Shown: piece by piece, positions 1-9,763 of the stretch | How the letters are laid out: the number at the start of each line of letters is the position of its first letter | How positions within the stretch are numbered: position 1 is the first letter of the stretch | Virus record (IMG/VR): IMGVR_UViG_3300031963_000020 | Span: 64,001-128,000 of that record | Length of the DNA stretch: 64,000 nt | From: a virus | Reading direction: 5' to 3' (one strand) | The notes under the pieces: model-generated | The model's database searches: none | What the model saw: only the letters and a program-made list of their open reading frames with translations | Told to the model about the DNA's origin: nothing | Translations under genes and position numbers: made by a program

Positions 1-211
1 AAAAGAATTAGAAAGTGCATTGTCAAGTAAAGACAACGCACTACGTATGGCATTGATACGTGGAGATAGTCTCCAAGCGGTCATCAATCTTATTCCACCA
101 GCACCAAAGAACCCAAATCGTATGTTTGGTATCAAACTCCCAAGTCGTAAGGCATCATTCGCAGTTGGATTAGCAATGGGTCTTGGAGCAGGAGTTCTCG
201 TAATCAAGTAG
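1..211 (+). CDS. 3' part of a membrane-anchored protein (starts upstream of window)
   Basis: Frame is open from the window edge (KELESALSSKDN...); C-terminal hydrophobic segment FAVGLAMGLGAGVLVIK. Confidence 0.6.
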   Translation, partial: KELESALSSKDNALRMALIRGDSLQAVINLIPPAPKNPNRMFGIKLPSRKASFAVGLAMGLGAGVLVIK

Positions 212-218
212 AGGTATT

Positions 219-1805
219 ATGAACGCAACAGCACAGCAGTTACGTGAACGTATTAAAGAAGAATATAAGAAGTGTGCAATACAGCCAGATTACTTCTTAT
301 CAAAATATTCATACATTCAACACCCGATTCGTGGTCGGGTGTTGTTTGATTTATACAAATATCAAAAAAACGCTTTATATGACTTCGAGAAAAGTGATTA
401 TAATATCGTTCTCAAAGGCCGTCAGATTGGTATTTCTACATTGGTCGCAGGATACGCTCTGTGGTTAATGTTGTTCCATAAAGATAAGAATATCCTTGTT
501 ATCGCAACTAAACAAGAAACCGCAAAGAACTTAGTTACCAAAGTTAAGTTCATGCATCAAAACCTCCCAACATGGTTACGTGGTGAAGTAGTCACGGATA
601 ATAAGCTATCACTCCAATTTTCTAACGGCTCACAGATTAAAGCGGTGGCATCATCACCAGACGCAGGACGTTCTGAAGCATTGTCTCTTCTTATTCTCGA
701 TGAAGCTGCATTCATCGATGACGCAGATATCATCTGGACGGCAGCATCATCCACATTATCAACGGGTGGTAAAGCAATATTACTTTCTACTCCAAACGGT
801 GTGGGTAACTTCTTTCACAAGATGTGGCAACAAGCGGAGGTCAAGACCAACGGATTCAATCCTATTCTATTAGATTGGCGAGTTCATCCAGAACGTGACC
901 AAGCATGGCGTGATAGACAAACGGAACTGATGGGTGAAATGCAAGCGTCACAAGAACACGATGCGTCATTTATCTTCTCTGGTAATACGGTGGTTCCGCC
1001 AGAAATTATTGAGTTTTACAAAGCATCGTTTGTTCAAGAACCAGTTACCAAAGGTGGGTTTGACGGAAACTTATGGGTATGGGAATATGCACAACCTGGT
1101 CGGTCATACATTGTCTGTGCTGACGTTGCTCGTGGAGATGGTGAGGACTATTCGGCATTTCACGTAATAGATGTAGAATCGTCTACCCAAGTAGCAGAAT
1201 ACAGAGGAAAGGTAGAAACTAAGCAGTTTGGTAATATGTTGGTATCTATCGCAACCGAATATAATGACGCACTACTCATCCCAGAAAATAGTAGTATAGG
1301 ATGGAACGCTGTGCAACAAATTATTGATCGTGGATATAAAAATCTCTTTTATATGTCCAAAGATTTACAATATGTTGACGTAGAACATCAAATGACAGGA
1401 CGATATAGAGCAGAGGAACGGCAAATGGTTCCTGGATTCACCACATCACAACGTACTCGTCCGTTAGTTATTGCACGATTAAAAGAATATATGTTAGAAA
1501 ATAGTTTTACTATTAGGTCAGCAAGAATGTGTGCTGAATTAGAAACATTTATTTGGAAGAATGGTAGACCAGAAGCATTATCTGGTTATAATGATGACTT
1601 GACAATGGCATTATGTATTGGTCTGTGGGTTCGTGATACTGCCCTCCGTTTGCGTCAGGAAGGTATAGAACTGACGAAGATGGCGTTAGACAAGGCCAAG
1701 TATAATGTGGTCGGTCACATCTACACAAACAGAGACAGAGCACAAAATCCATACGAGATGCAAGTTGGAACTGGAAAGGAAGATATTAGGTGGTTACTAG
1801 GATAA
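219..1805 (+). CDS. terL: Terminase large subunit (T4 gp17-like)
   Basis: Walker A-like LKGRQIGIST, Walker B LLILDEAAF, STPNG coupling motif, nuclease acidic motifs ADVARGDGED and NDDL; SD GAGGT upstream. Confidence 0.95.
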   Translation: MNATAQQLRERIKEEYKKCAIQPDYFLSKYSYIQHPIRGRVLFDLYKYQKNALYDFEKSDYNIVLKGRQIGISTLVAGYALWLMLFHKDKNILVIATKQETAKNLVTKVKFMHQNLPTWLRGEVVTDNKLSLQFSNGSQIKAVASSPDAGRSEALSLLILDEAAFIDDADIIWTAASSTLSTGGKAILLSTPNGVGNFFHKMWQQAEVKTNGFNPILLDWRVHPERDQAWRDRQTELMGEMQASQEHDASFIFSGNTVVPPEIIEFYKASFVQEPVTKGGFDGNLWVWEYAQPGRSYIVCADVARGDGEDYSAFHVIDVESSTQVAEYRGKVETKQFGNMLVSIATEYNDALLIPENSSIGWNAVQQIIDRGYKNLFYMSKDLQYVDVEHQMTGRYRAEERQMVPGFTTSQRTRPLVIARLKEYMLENSFTIRSARMCAELETFIWKNGRPEALSGYNDDLTMALCIGLWVRDTALRLRQEGIELTKMALDKAKYNVVGHIYTNRDRAQNPYEMQVGTGKEDIRWLLG

Positions 1806-1810
1806 TACAC

Positions 1811-1818
1811 TATTTATA
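1811..1818 (+). promoter_or_regulatory. Putative late-promoter motif TATTTATA (one of about a dozen intergenic copies)
   Basis: Exact copies at 1811, 14596, 17096, 19810, 31241, 36211, 47890; variants at 7110, 10934, 20437, 38624, 40325, 59328; all shortly upstream of gene starts. Confidence 0.65.
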
Positions 1819-1844
1819 ATGTAGTGTTTTTATTGGATTTATCT

Positions 1845-2003
1845 ATGATTAAATTAGTTGATATTTTGTTGACAGAAAAATGGACAAACAGATACAAAAA
1901 GTCCATAAATTGTAGTAATCCAAAGGGTTTCAGCCAAAAAGCACATTGCGCTGGACGTAGAAAGCGTAAACGTGGTGGGAAAACAACATCAAAACCGGTA
2001 TAA
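1845..2003 (+). CDS. Small basic protein (52 aa, below ORF-track cutoff), probable internal head protein
   Basis: Manual translation MIKLVDILLTEKWTNRYKKSINCSNPKGFSQKAHCAGRRKRK...; shares the MIxLxDIL.E N-terminus with neighbours. Confidence 0.75.
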   Translation: MIKLVDILLTEKWTNRYKKSINCSNPKGFSQKAHCAGRRKRKRGGKTTSKPV

Positions 2004-2006
2004 GAT

Positions 2007-2267
2007 ATGACCAAAGATGAACTTTTAGAAATTATTCGTGAAGAATTAGAAGCGGAATTGGCAGAACGCACCGTAGCTCGCCGTGAACCACCACGTAAAA
2101 TGGATAAGTCCCAAGTCAAAAAGCGTGATGGTATTGGCAAGAAGTTGTTAAAGAACAAGCGTTCTATCCGTTATTTTAAGGATAAGTTCGGTGATGATTG
2201 GAAATCATACCTTTGGGCAGCATCAACCAACAAGGCAATAGATAGTAAGAAAAGTAAAGGTAAGTAA
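2007..2267 (+). CDS. Hypothetical protein, probable internal head protein
   Basis: ORF in tight operon; acidic N-terminus (ELLEIIREE) and basic C-terminus. Confidence 0.7.
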   Translation: MTKDELLEIIREELEAELAERTVARREPPRKMDKSQVKKRDGIGKKLLKNKRSIRYFKDKFGDDWKSYLWAASTNKAIDSKKSKGK

Positions 2268-2268
2268 T

Positions 2269-2754
2269 ATGGAATATAAAGAATATTACACCTACATTTT
2301 TGAGGATTGCGGTTGTCTCCACGAAGCTGATTGTGGTTGTGGAGAACAAGAAGAGGGATATCCTGGATTTGGATATAAAGAAACAGAGAGTGATTTTAAA
2401 GATCCACGATTACAAAAAGCTGAAGAGATTGTAACGTTGTTAGAAAAGAACACACCAACCAGTCCTGAAAAGTGGGCACGAGCAAAAGCAGCCGCACGTG
2501 CCAAGTTCAAAGTATATCCATCAGCATACGCTAACCTTTGGGCAGCAAAGAAGTATAAGAGTATGGGTGGTGGTTGGAGAAAAACTAAGAAAGAATATCA
2601 TATACCACACAAGCGACGTGATCCAATGGGTCAAGAGGACGCAGATGTAAATAATGATGGAAAAGTAAATTTAATAGATAAAATGTTAAAAGCAAAACGT
2701 GATTTGTATAAGAGATATTTGGTGGCACAAAAGAAGGGACAAAAATCCCTCTAA
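2269..2754 (+). CDS. Hypothetical head-cluster protein
   Basis: KFKVYPSAYANLWAAKKYKSMGGGW motif resembles T4-like phage hypotheticals; DxDxNxDG Ca-binding-like loop. Confidence 0.7.
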   Translation: MEYKEYYTYIFEDCGCLHEADCGCGEQEEGYPGFGYKETESDFKDPRLQKAEEIVTLLEKNTPTSPEKWARAKAAARAKFKVYPSAYANLWAAKKYKSMGGGWRKTKKEYHIPHKRRDPMGQEDADVNNDGKVNLIDKMLKAKRDLYKRYLVAQKKGQKSL

Positions 2755-2772
2755 ACACTTTGGAGAAGTAAT

Positions 2773-3243
2773 ATGATTAGACTTATGGGATTGGTAGCTG
2801 GTATCAAGGGAATTGGTGATAAGCCAGTTGGAGCTGTAAAAGAAGCTCTTGACGCCGTTGGTAAAGAAGATGGTGATATCGATAATGATGGTGATAAAGA
2901 TTCATCAGACAAGTATTTAAAAGCTCGCCGTGATGCTATCGGTAAGTCAATGGAAAAAAAGGAAGAAATCGGACCTAAAGATGCAGTTGATTCTGGTGAA
3001 TATGATTACGAAGGTGACATGGCAAAGAATCAATTACAAACCATTATTAGAAATGCACAAATGTTGCATGATATGTTGGCAGACGACACCAACTTACCAG
3101 AATGGGTACAAAATAAAATTTCTTTAGCTAAGGAATATACTGAATCTGCTGCACAATATATTAGTAGTGAAAAGGACCAAAATGGTACAGCTGAAGTTCC
3201 TGGAGCAGCAGGTGCAGTTCCAGCACCATCGGGAACAATGTAA
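2773..3243 (+). CDS. Hypothetical head-cluster protein
   Basis: SD GGAG; DGDIDNDGDKD loop; EGDMAKNQL...LPEWVQNKISLA segment. Confidence 0.7.
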   Translation: MIRLMGLVAGIKGIGDKPVGAVKEALDAVGKEDGDIDNDGDKDSSDKYLKARRDAIGKSMEKKEEIGPKDAVDSGEYDYEGDMAKNQLQTIIRNAQMLHDMLADDTNLPEWVQNKISLAKEYTESAAQYISSEKDQNGTAEVPGAAGAVPAPSGTM

Positions 3244-3605
3244 TGGAAACTGTAGCCAAGTTTTTATCCACACTATTCAATAGTCGTGACCAAGCACATA
3301 TCTTTCATCTCCAAACATCATCGTATGCCGTTCACAAAGCATTAAACGATTATTATGATGCAGTTGTAGGGTTGGTTGATAGCTACGCAGAAACTTGCCA
3401 AGGTCGCTATGGAATTATCCGTGGTTATACTCCACAAAAACAATACTTTGAAAACGATGAAGTAATTAAGTATTTTACTGGATTATCAACCTATATTGAT
3501 AGTGTTCGTAAGGGACTACCACAAGATGGTGACCTTAATAATATTGTTGATGAAATCTCAGCGTTGGTGAATTCCACTATCTATAAGTTAAAATATTTAA
3601 AATGA
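3243..3605 (+). CDS. Ferritin/Dps-like four-helix protein (DUF5856-like)
   Basis: HIFHLQTSSYAVHKALNDYYD...DSYAE pattern resembles Dps-type ferroxidase helices. Confidence 0.6.
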   Translation: METVAKFLSTLFNSRDQAHIFHLQTSSYAVHKALNDYYDAVVGLVDSYAETCQGRYGIIRGYTPQKQYFENDEVIKYFTGLSTYIDSVRKGLPQDGDLNNIVDEISALVNSTIYKLKYLK

Positions 3606-3925
3606 TTCTTTTAACTGACCTTTTAGACGAAGTTGTAACTGAACTTGACGAAAAGTATAAAACCAAAGGTAATCTTGGTAAATGGCTTCGTCAAAAATGG
3701 GTAGATATTTCTCGCAAAGATAAAAAAGGAAAACATCCACCATGCGGTGCTTCGGCTGGTAAGAAAGAGCGAAAGGGTGGTAGTGCAAAATATCCAAAGT
3801 GTCGTCCCGCTCGTTCCGCAGCAGCGATGAGTAAAGGTGAAAAACGTTCGGCTGTAGTTAGAAAGAGAAAAGCAGGAAATCCAGGTGGAAAACCAACAAT
3901 GGTTTCTACCTTTAAAAAGAAATAA
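3602..3925 (+). CDS. Basic hypothetical protein, probable internal head protein
   Basis: MILLTDLLDE N-terminus; LGKWLRQKWVDI...PCG...YPKCRP pattern. Confidence 0.7.
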   Translation: MILLTDLLDEVVTELDEKYKTKGNLGKWLRQKWVDISRKDKKGKHPPCGASAGKKERKGGSAKYPKCRPARSAAAMSKGEKRSAVVRKRKAGNPGGKPTMVSTFKKK

Positions 3926-3947
3926 ACTCTTGACTTTGAGAGAGAAA

Positions 3948-4517
3948 ATGATTAGATTAACTGATATTCTTTGCGAAGGTTGTTGGGAAGGATATAAGCA
4001 AGTTGGTATGAAGGAAAAGAACGGTAAGATGGTTCCCAACTGCGTTCCAGTAGAAGAACTTTATCATCGTCCAGAAAGTGATGTTACATCGGATAGTGAT
4101 TTCAAGCCAGACCAAGATAATGAACGTGACCAATTCGGCTCGGAAACACACGTTTCAGGTCACGAAGATGAAATAAACGATGGTGAATACTGCACAGAAT
4201 GTCTTATTGAAGTTCTTGAAGGATTACACGAAAATCAACTCGGTGAAGCAGAATATCGTGGTCGTAAGGTTGCTCTCGGTAAGATTATGAGAGGTGATGT
4301 TAAGAAGTTTAAGGTGTTCGTCAAAGACCCAAAGAGTGGAAATATTAAGAAGGTTAATTTTGGTCATGGTGGAACTTCGGCAAAACGTCGAGGTGAAAAG
4401 ACAATGAAGATTAAAAAAAATATCCCTTCTCGTCGTAAGTCGTTCCGTGCAAGACACAATTGTGATAATCCAGGTCCAAGAACAAAAGCTCGTTACTGGG
4501 CATGTCGTACCTGGTAA
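3948..4517 (+). CDS. Hypothetical head-cluster protein (start moved to ATG 3948)
   Basis: MIRLTDILCE start; CWEGYKQVGMKEKNGKMVPNCVP and RKSFRARHNC...ARYWAC modules resemble T4-like phage hypotheticals. Confidence 0.7.
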   Translation: MIRLTDILCEGCWEGYKQVGMKEKNGKMVPNCVPVEELYHRPESDVTSDSDFKPDQDNERDQFGSETHVSGHEDEINDGEYCTECLIEVLEGLHENQLGEAEYRGRKVALGKIMRGDVKKFKVFVKDPKSGNIKKVNFGHGGTSAKRRGEKTMKIKKNIPSRRKSFRARHNCDNPGPRTKARYWACRTW

Positions 4518-4518
4518 T

Positions 4519-4839
4519 ATGAAAAAGAAAATCTCACGGGAACAATCCGACAAGATATTAGATAAAATGGGTTATAAGTTTAATCCAACAGAATTCTTTT
4601 TAGGGATGAATGTTGAGTTGGAACACCAAGATGTGACCAACGGAAACGTGGTCAAGACTGCAAAAATCGCAGCAGCACACTTGAAAGAAAACCCGAAGTA
4701 TTATTCATTATTAATGAAGTACGTAGAAAAGAAGCATGAACAACTAGTTGGACCTGGTGGGGCAATCAACGCAGCACCAAAACCACAAGATGTTAAAAAA
4801 ATGCGAACAGCATTGGATAGGGAGAAAAAGCATGATTAA
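4519..4839 (+). CDS. DUF5661-like protein (start moved to ATG 4519)
   Basis: GMNVELEH...IAAAHLKENPKYY motif. Confidence 0.6.
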   Translation: MKKKISREQSDKILDKMGYKFNPTEFFLGMNVELEHQDVTNGNVVKTAKIAAAHLKENPKYYSLLMKYVEKKHEQLVGPGGAINAAPKPQDVKKMRTALDREKKHD

Positions 4840-5182
4840 GCTCACAGATTTAATCACAGAAGCAGGTAAGGAAAACCGCATCAACTCAATGCGTTTGGTC
4901 GCATTACTTGAAAAGTTAACTCCAACCCTTAAAGAAGCTCAAGAAGAAAAGTTGGCAAAACTAACCGCAGAATTACTTGCAGGAATCACCAAGGTCAATG
5001 AAATACCATACAACTACAACACAATGTCAGAATGGCATATGACCGAATTGGCAACCGTAGTAATGCCAGCTCGTGATTTACGTGAAGCATTAAATAGTCT
5101 ATTGAAGAAACCAGCTAAGGGATTAGATACACACATCGTTGAAATGGTTATCAAGTCAATAGACGAATTGTATATCTACTAA
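4832..5182 (+). CDS. Hypothetical protein (start moved to ATG 4832)
   Basis: MIKLTDLITE N-terminus; overlaps upstream stop; GGAG upstream. Confidence 0.65.
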   Translation: MIKLTDLITEAGKENRINSMRLVALLEKLTPTLKEAQEEKLAKLTAELLAGITKVNEIPYNYNTMSEWHMTELATVVMPARDLREALNSLLKKPAKGLDTHIVEMVIKSIDELYIY

Positions 5183-5196
5183 CAAGTTGAGGGGTT

Positions 5197-7089
5197 ATGG
5201 CTGATAACAGCATATTTGGCAGACTAAAGAAATTATTTTCTACTAATACGGTAGTTCGTAATGTTGGTGGAAAAAGACTTAAAGTAGCCGACACAGATAA
5301 CATTCAATCGTTTATCAATAGACGCGGTATTGATAGATACCACCGCGTCTATTCTTCTATGACGGGTGGATATGGTTCTGCCCATGGACGATATGAAGCA
5401 GCGGCTGCGTTCCAAGGTTCCCGCTTGCAATTGTTCCGTGATTATGATATGATGGATAATGACCCCATTATTTCATCGGTGATGGACATCTATGCTGACG
5501 AATCAACCACCAAAGATGAATTTGGTAATCTCCTTACCATTCATTCGAAGAATACACAAATACAAGAAATCTTACATAACTTATTCTATGATGTATTGAA
5601 TGTGGAATTCAATATGTGGCCTTGGATTCGTAATATGGTCAAGTATGGTGATTTCTTTTTATTCCTAGACATAGACCCAGAATTTGGAATTGTAAATGTA
5701 TTACCCCTTTCTGTCTATGAAACTATTCGTATCGAAGGTCAAGACCCAGGTAATCCATTCTCAGTCAAGTTCAAGATTGAAAACGATTTCTTATCGTTAG
5801 GTAAGACTGAATTCGATAATTACGAAATAGCTCACTTCCGTCTCCTTTCGGACACCAACTTCCTTCCATATGGTAAGGCAATGGTTGAAGGTGGTCGTCG
5901 TGTGTGGAAACAACTTCAATTGATGGAAGATGCGATGTTAATTCATCGTATTATGAGAGCGGCAGATAAGCGTAAGATTTTAATTGATATCGGTAATATC
6001 CCACCAGCAGAAATCGATACGTTTATGAATCGTATTATGGATAGAATGAAGAAAACACCATTGGTAGATCCTGCAACTGGTGATTATAATCTTCGTTATA
6101 ATATGCAAAATATCACAGAAGATTTTTATCTTCCTGTTCGCGGTAAAGATTCTGGAACAGACATCCAAAACCTTCCAGGTCTACAATTTAATGCTATCGA
6201 AGATATTGAATACCTCCGTAATAAGTTAATGGCAGCATTCAAGGTACCAAAAGCATTCTTAGGATACGAAGAAGATTTAAGTGGTAAGGCAACATTGGCG
6301 GCACAAGATGTACGTTTCGCACGTACTATAGAACGTATCCAACGTATTATGGTGTCAGAACTCACCAAGATTGCAATTATCCACTTATACGTTCAAGGAT
6401 TTACTGATGAAGATTTGATAGACTTTGAATTATCGTTGACCAACCCATCAATTGTCTATGAACAAGAAAAGTTAAACTTATGGAAGGAAAAGATTGGGGT
6501 TGCAGAATCTATTATGAACAGTAAGATGTTATCACAAGAATGGATATACCATAATATTCTTGAATTATCTGATGATGAAATCGTGGAAGAACGTACTAAG
6601 ATTGCAGAAGATGTAAAACGTATGGCACAGTTAGAACAATCAGCACAACCACAACAACCAGGTGCTACAGGTGAACAACCAGCAACAGATGAAGCACCAC
6701 CAACCGAAGAAGAGGAACAACAAGTTTCTGATGTTGATAGTATTTTGGCCTCATTAGAAGATGGTGGTGAGGAAAGTGAGTTGGAAGGATACGGTGATGA
6801 AGAAGCTGAATTAGAAGAAGCTAAGATGGGCCGTCCAAAAACAGGAATGAAATTTGGTCAAGACAGTCACCCACGTGGTCGTGACCCACTCGGACACAAA
6901 GAAAATATGGGTTCGTTGACGGTCAGTAAACAACGAAATGATAAAAGAAAGTCTCCGTTGGCACTTACTAAAGAAGTTCAGGCATTAGTTGCAAACTTAA
7001 AAAAGCCAAGTAAGAAAGTCTTAATGGAAAACCAAGAACCAACTGGTTCTTTATTAGACGAAAGTAATATTTTGGACCTAGAAAACTAA
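5197..7089 (+). CDS. Portal protein (T4 gp20-like)
   Basis: LMEDAMLIHRIMRA, IDIGNIP, EDFYLPVRG, IEDIEYLRNKL and AFKVPK motifs; acidic C-terminal tail. Confidence 0.93.
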   Translation: MADNSIFGRLKKLFSTNTVVRNVGGKRLKVADTDNIQSFINRRGIDRYHRVYSSMTGGYGSAHGRYEAAAAFQGSRLQLFRDYDMMDNDPIISSVMDIYADESTTKDEFGNLLTIHSKNTQIQEILHNLFYDVLNVEFNMWPWIRNMVKYGDFFLFLDIDPEFGIVNVLPLSVYETIRIEGQDPGNPFSVKFKIENDFLSLGKTEFDNYEIAHFRLLSDTNFLPYGKAMVEGGRRVWKQLQLMEDAMLIHRIMRAADKRKILIDIGNIPPAEIDTFMNRIMDRMKKTPLVDPATGDYNLRYNMQNITEDFYLPVRGKDSGTDIQNLPGLQFNAIEDIEYLRNKLMAAFKVPKAFLGYEEDLSGKATLAAQDVRFARTIERIQRIMVSELTKIAIIHLYVQGFTDEDLIDFELSLTNPSIVYEQEKLNLWKEKIGVAESIMNSKMLSQEWIYHNILELSDDEIVEERTKIAEDVKRMAQLEQSAQPQQPGATGEQPATDEAPPTEEEEQQVSDVDSILASLEDGGEESELEGYGDEEAELEEAKMGRPKTGMKFGQDSHPRGRDPLGHKENMGSLTVSKQRNDKRKSPLALTKEVQALVANLKKPSKKVLMENQEPTGSLLDESNILDLEN

Positions 7090-7146
7090 AGTCTTATTAA
7101 TATTCGTTATATTTAATATATGACGGTATACTGTCACTAAAATGGG

Positions 7147-8031
7147 ATGTTTATGAAAGCAAACGTCAAGCATAACAAAATTCGGAATACGGGCATACTA
7201 TTTGAACTATTAGTCCGTAAAATAACCTCAGACGCATTGGAAAACCGTAGTAATGATACTGCGGTCAAACTAATGAAAGAGTATTTCAATTCTAAGACAG
7301 AACTTGGTAAAGAATTGATACTTTATCGTTCCTTCTTCAATGCACAACAACTCAGTGAAACTAAGGCATTTGAACTTATCAACGTATTGATATCACAACG
7401 TAAAAAGTTAAATGAAGTGGCATTAAACACACAAAAATACAAGTTAATTCGTGAAATTAAAAACAACTACGATTTAAAAGAATTTTTAAATGCCCGTATT
7501 CCGTCTTACAAAGTTTATGCTTCTGTATATAAGGTATTTGATGGTGCAGTAAACGAAATCCAAGACTTCAATGAAATTCAAGGTATGGTTGAAGCTAAGT
7601 TTACTATTGTTGAACATTTAAGTGGTAAGATTGTCAACAAGGAAATTAAGAAGGAAACTGCATTATTTGAAACCGTAAAGAACCAAGAAGAAGATTTACG
7701 TTTATTAACCTACAAGATTTTGATGGAAAAGTTCAATCAAAAGTATGTAGACCTTAGTGATAAGCAAAAAAACCTTCTCCGTGAATATATCTATAACGTA
7801 TCCAATTCAGCAGCTCTTCGAGCATATGCCGTAGATTTGGCAAAAGAATTGATTGCCGAAATAACAAAGAAGATAGCTAAAATTGATAATAAAGTGACTA
7901 CCATCAAGTTGTCAGAAGTTGTTTCACAATTGGAAAAGTTAAAGACAGTTCAAATGGTCAAGGAAAATCACATGACCGCGTTATTAATTGCCTTGGAAAT
8001 TACCAAGACACTAGACACTTTAAAGAGTTAA
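7147..8031 (+). CDS. Conserved hypothetical head-module protein
   Basis: Long ORF between portal and protease; KHNKIRNTGILFELL N-terminus; helical. Confidence 0.7.
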   Translation: MFMKANVKHNKIRNTGILFELLVRKITSDALENRSNDTAVKLMKEYFNSKTELGKELILYRSFFNAQQLSETKAFELINVLISQRKKLNEVALNTQKYKLIREIKNNYDLKEFLNARIPSYKVYASVYKVFDGAVNEIQDFNEIQGMVEAKFTIVEHLSGKIVNKEIKKETALFETVKNQEEDLRLLTYKILMEKFNQKYVDLSDKQKNLLREYIYNVSNSAALRAYAVDLAKELIAEITKKIAKIDNKVTTIKLSEVVSQLEKLKTVQMVKENHMTALLIALEITKTLDTLKS

Positions 8032-8034
8032 TCT

Positions 8035-8532
8035 ATGGACAAAACACAACAAATTCGTGAACGCGTCCGACAAATTATCAAGAAAAAACTTGATGAAATG
8101 ACAACGACAGCAAATGTTCCTGGATACCTAACTCCATATTCGTTTCGTGGTAATAAAGCAAAGAGTGTAGCACGTTCTAAGCATATTGCCACCGCAACCA
8201 CAGGATTTAAGTTAACTCCAAAGGGTGAAGAAGAAGCAAATCGTCCAGCCGATAAAATGGAAATTGTCACTAAGGAATTAAACGAAAACAAGTATTACGA
8301 ATATAAGAACGACACATCAAAGACACCACACAGAAAGATTGCAGAAGCTATTTCACAACTTAATAGAAATTTACAAGAAGTTGAACGTGTTATTAGAATG
8401 AATAGTCGTTTAAAGACTGAATCAGGTATCGCAAGTGAACAACTATGGAAGCGTACACAACAAGGATTATTGAAGTTGGAATCAAGACTTCTTGGACTTG
8501 CAACACGCATCCGTGAAATCCGTGGGCAATAA
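8035..8532 (+). CDS. Hypothetical protein
   Basis: ORF in operon; KKLDEMTTTANVPGY resembles a protease-processed N-terminus; coiled-coil C-terminus. Confidence 0.65.
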   Translation: MDKTQQIRERVRQIIKKKLDEMTTTANVPGYLTPYSFRGNKAKSVARSKHIATATTGFKLTPKGEEEANRPADKMEIVTKELNENKYYEYKNDTSKTPHRKIAEAISQLNRNLQEVERVIRMNSRLKTESGIASEQLWKRTQQGLLKLESRLLGLATRIREIRGQ

Positions 8533-8533
8533 T

Positions 8534-9121
8534 ATGCAAACATTACTCGTAGAATATAATGTCATTTCTTATGACACTACTTTATTAAAAGAAGCAGCAG
8601 ACATCAGTAAACCTTTGATGTTAAAAGATGTTTTACTTCAACGTGCAGAAATGAAGAACCAGAATGGTCGTGTATATCCAAAGGAAATCTTATCACGTGA
8701 AGCAATGGTATACAAGAATAACTTCGTATCACAACGCCGTGCACTTGGTGAACTCGACCATCCAGAAAGTCCTGTCGTCAACTTAAAAAACGTCTGTTGC
8801 AACGTCACCGAACTCTGGTTCGAAGGTGATGATGTCAAGGGCAATATCGAAATTTTATCTACCCCATCAGGCAATATCGTTCGTGAACTCATCAAGAACA
8901 ATATCCGATTGGGTGTTTCATCCCGTGGTATGGGTTCTGTCAAACCAATCGGTGAGAATACTGTAGAAGTTGGTGATGACTTCTCACTTATCTGCTTTGA
9001 TATTGTCAGTAATCCAAGTACTCACGGGGCATTTATCAACGAAAACAAGGGTGGTCAAATTATCACCCCCTATAGTCGTATTGATACATTGATATATGAC
9101 TTTTTAGGTGAACTAAAGTAA
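8534..9121 (+). CDS. Prohead core protease (T4 gp21-like; start moved to ATG 8534)
   Basis: NQNGRVYP, ALGELDHP, GVSSRGMGS, FDIVSNPST motifs. Confidence 0.93.
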   Translation: MQTLLVEYNVISYDTTLLKEAADISKPLMLKDVLLQRAEMKNQNGRVYPKEILSREAMVYKNNFVSQRRALGELDHPESPVVNLKNVCCNVTELWFEGDDVKGNIEILSTPSGNIVRELIKNNIRLGVSSRGMGSVKPIGENTVEVGDDFSLICFDIVSNPSTHGAFINENKGGQIITPYSRIDTLIYDFLGELK

Positions 9122-9130
9122 GGAGTTTTT

Positions 9131-9388
9131 ATGACAACATTTTTAGTAGTAGTATTCGTATTAGCAGTTGTAATTTATTTTGTTAATCGTAAGGTAATGG
9201 AAGCCCCAGCACCTTTGTTAAAGGCAACCAAGAAGGTTGAAGCAGTTGCAGTTAAGGTTGTTGATGTCAACGGTGATGGTAAGGTTGACCTCAAAGACGC
9301 AGTTGCAGCCGTTAAGGCAGTAGAAGCAACTAGTAAAAAGGTTGTTAAGAAGGCAAAAAAGATAACAACAAAGAAAAAGACCAAATAA
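9131..9388 (+). CDS. Small membrane-anchored protein with EF-hand/dockerin-like loop
   Basis: N-terminal hydrophobic helix; DVNGDGKVDLKD; Lys-rich tail; SD AGGAG. Confidence 0.65.
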   Translation: MTTFLVVVFVLAVVIYFVNRKVMEAPAPLLKATKKVEAVAVKVVDVNGDGKVDLKDAVAAVKAVEATSKKVVKKAKKITTKKKTK

Positions 9389-9394
9389 TTTTCT

Positions 9395-9763
9395 ATGCGA
9401 CTTAAAGCTTTACTAAATGAAAATATCACAAATGAATTTGTAAAGTTTGTCGCAAAAGAGCTACAACTTCAATCACTACCTGCCAATATTAAATTTGTGG
9501 GTAGTGATTATTCTAAAGAAAATTTAACCTTTGGAACCTATAATCCACAAACTGACGAAATTATTATCGTAAAAGGTAATCGTCATATTGCGGATGTATT
9601 ACGAACCTTGGCTCACGAGATGGTGCATCACAAACAACGAACCAGTAATCAAGAGTTGAATGGTGAAGATGGGTCAAACACAGAAAACGAAGCAAATGCA
9701 AAAGCAGGTGAATTAATGCGTAAGTTTAGATACTTACGACCAGAAATGTACGTGGAGAGATAA
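9395..9763 (+). CDS. Putative zincin-like metallopeptidase
   Basis: TLAHEMVH (HExxH) with downstream ENEANA. Confidence 0.65.
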   Translation: MRLKALLNENITNEFVKFVAKELQLQSLPANIKFVGSDYSKENLTFGTYNPQTDEIIIVKGNRHIADVLRTLAHEMVHHKQRTSNQELNGEDGSNTENEANAKAGELMRKFRYLRPEMYVER

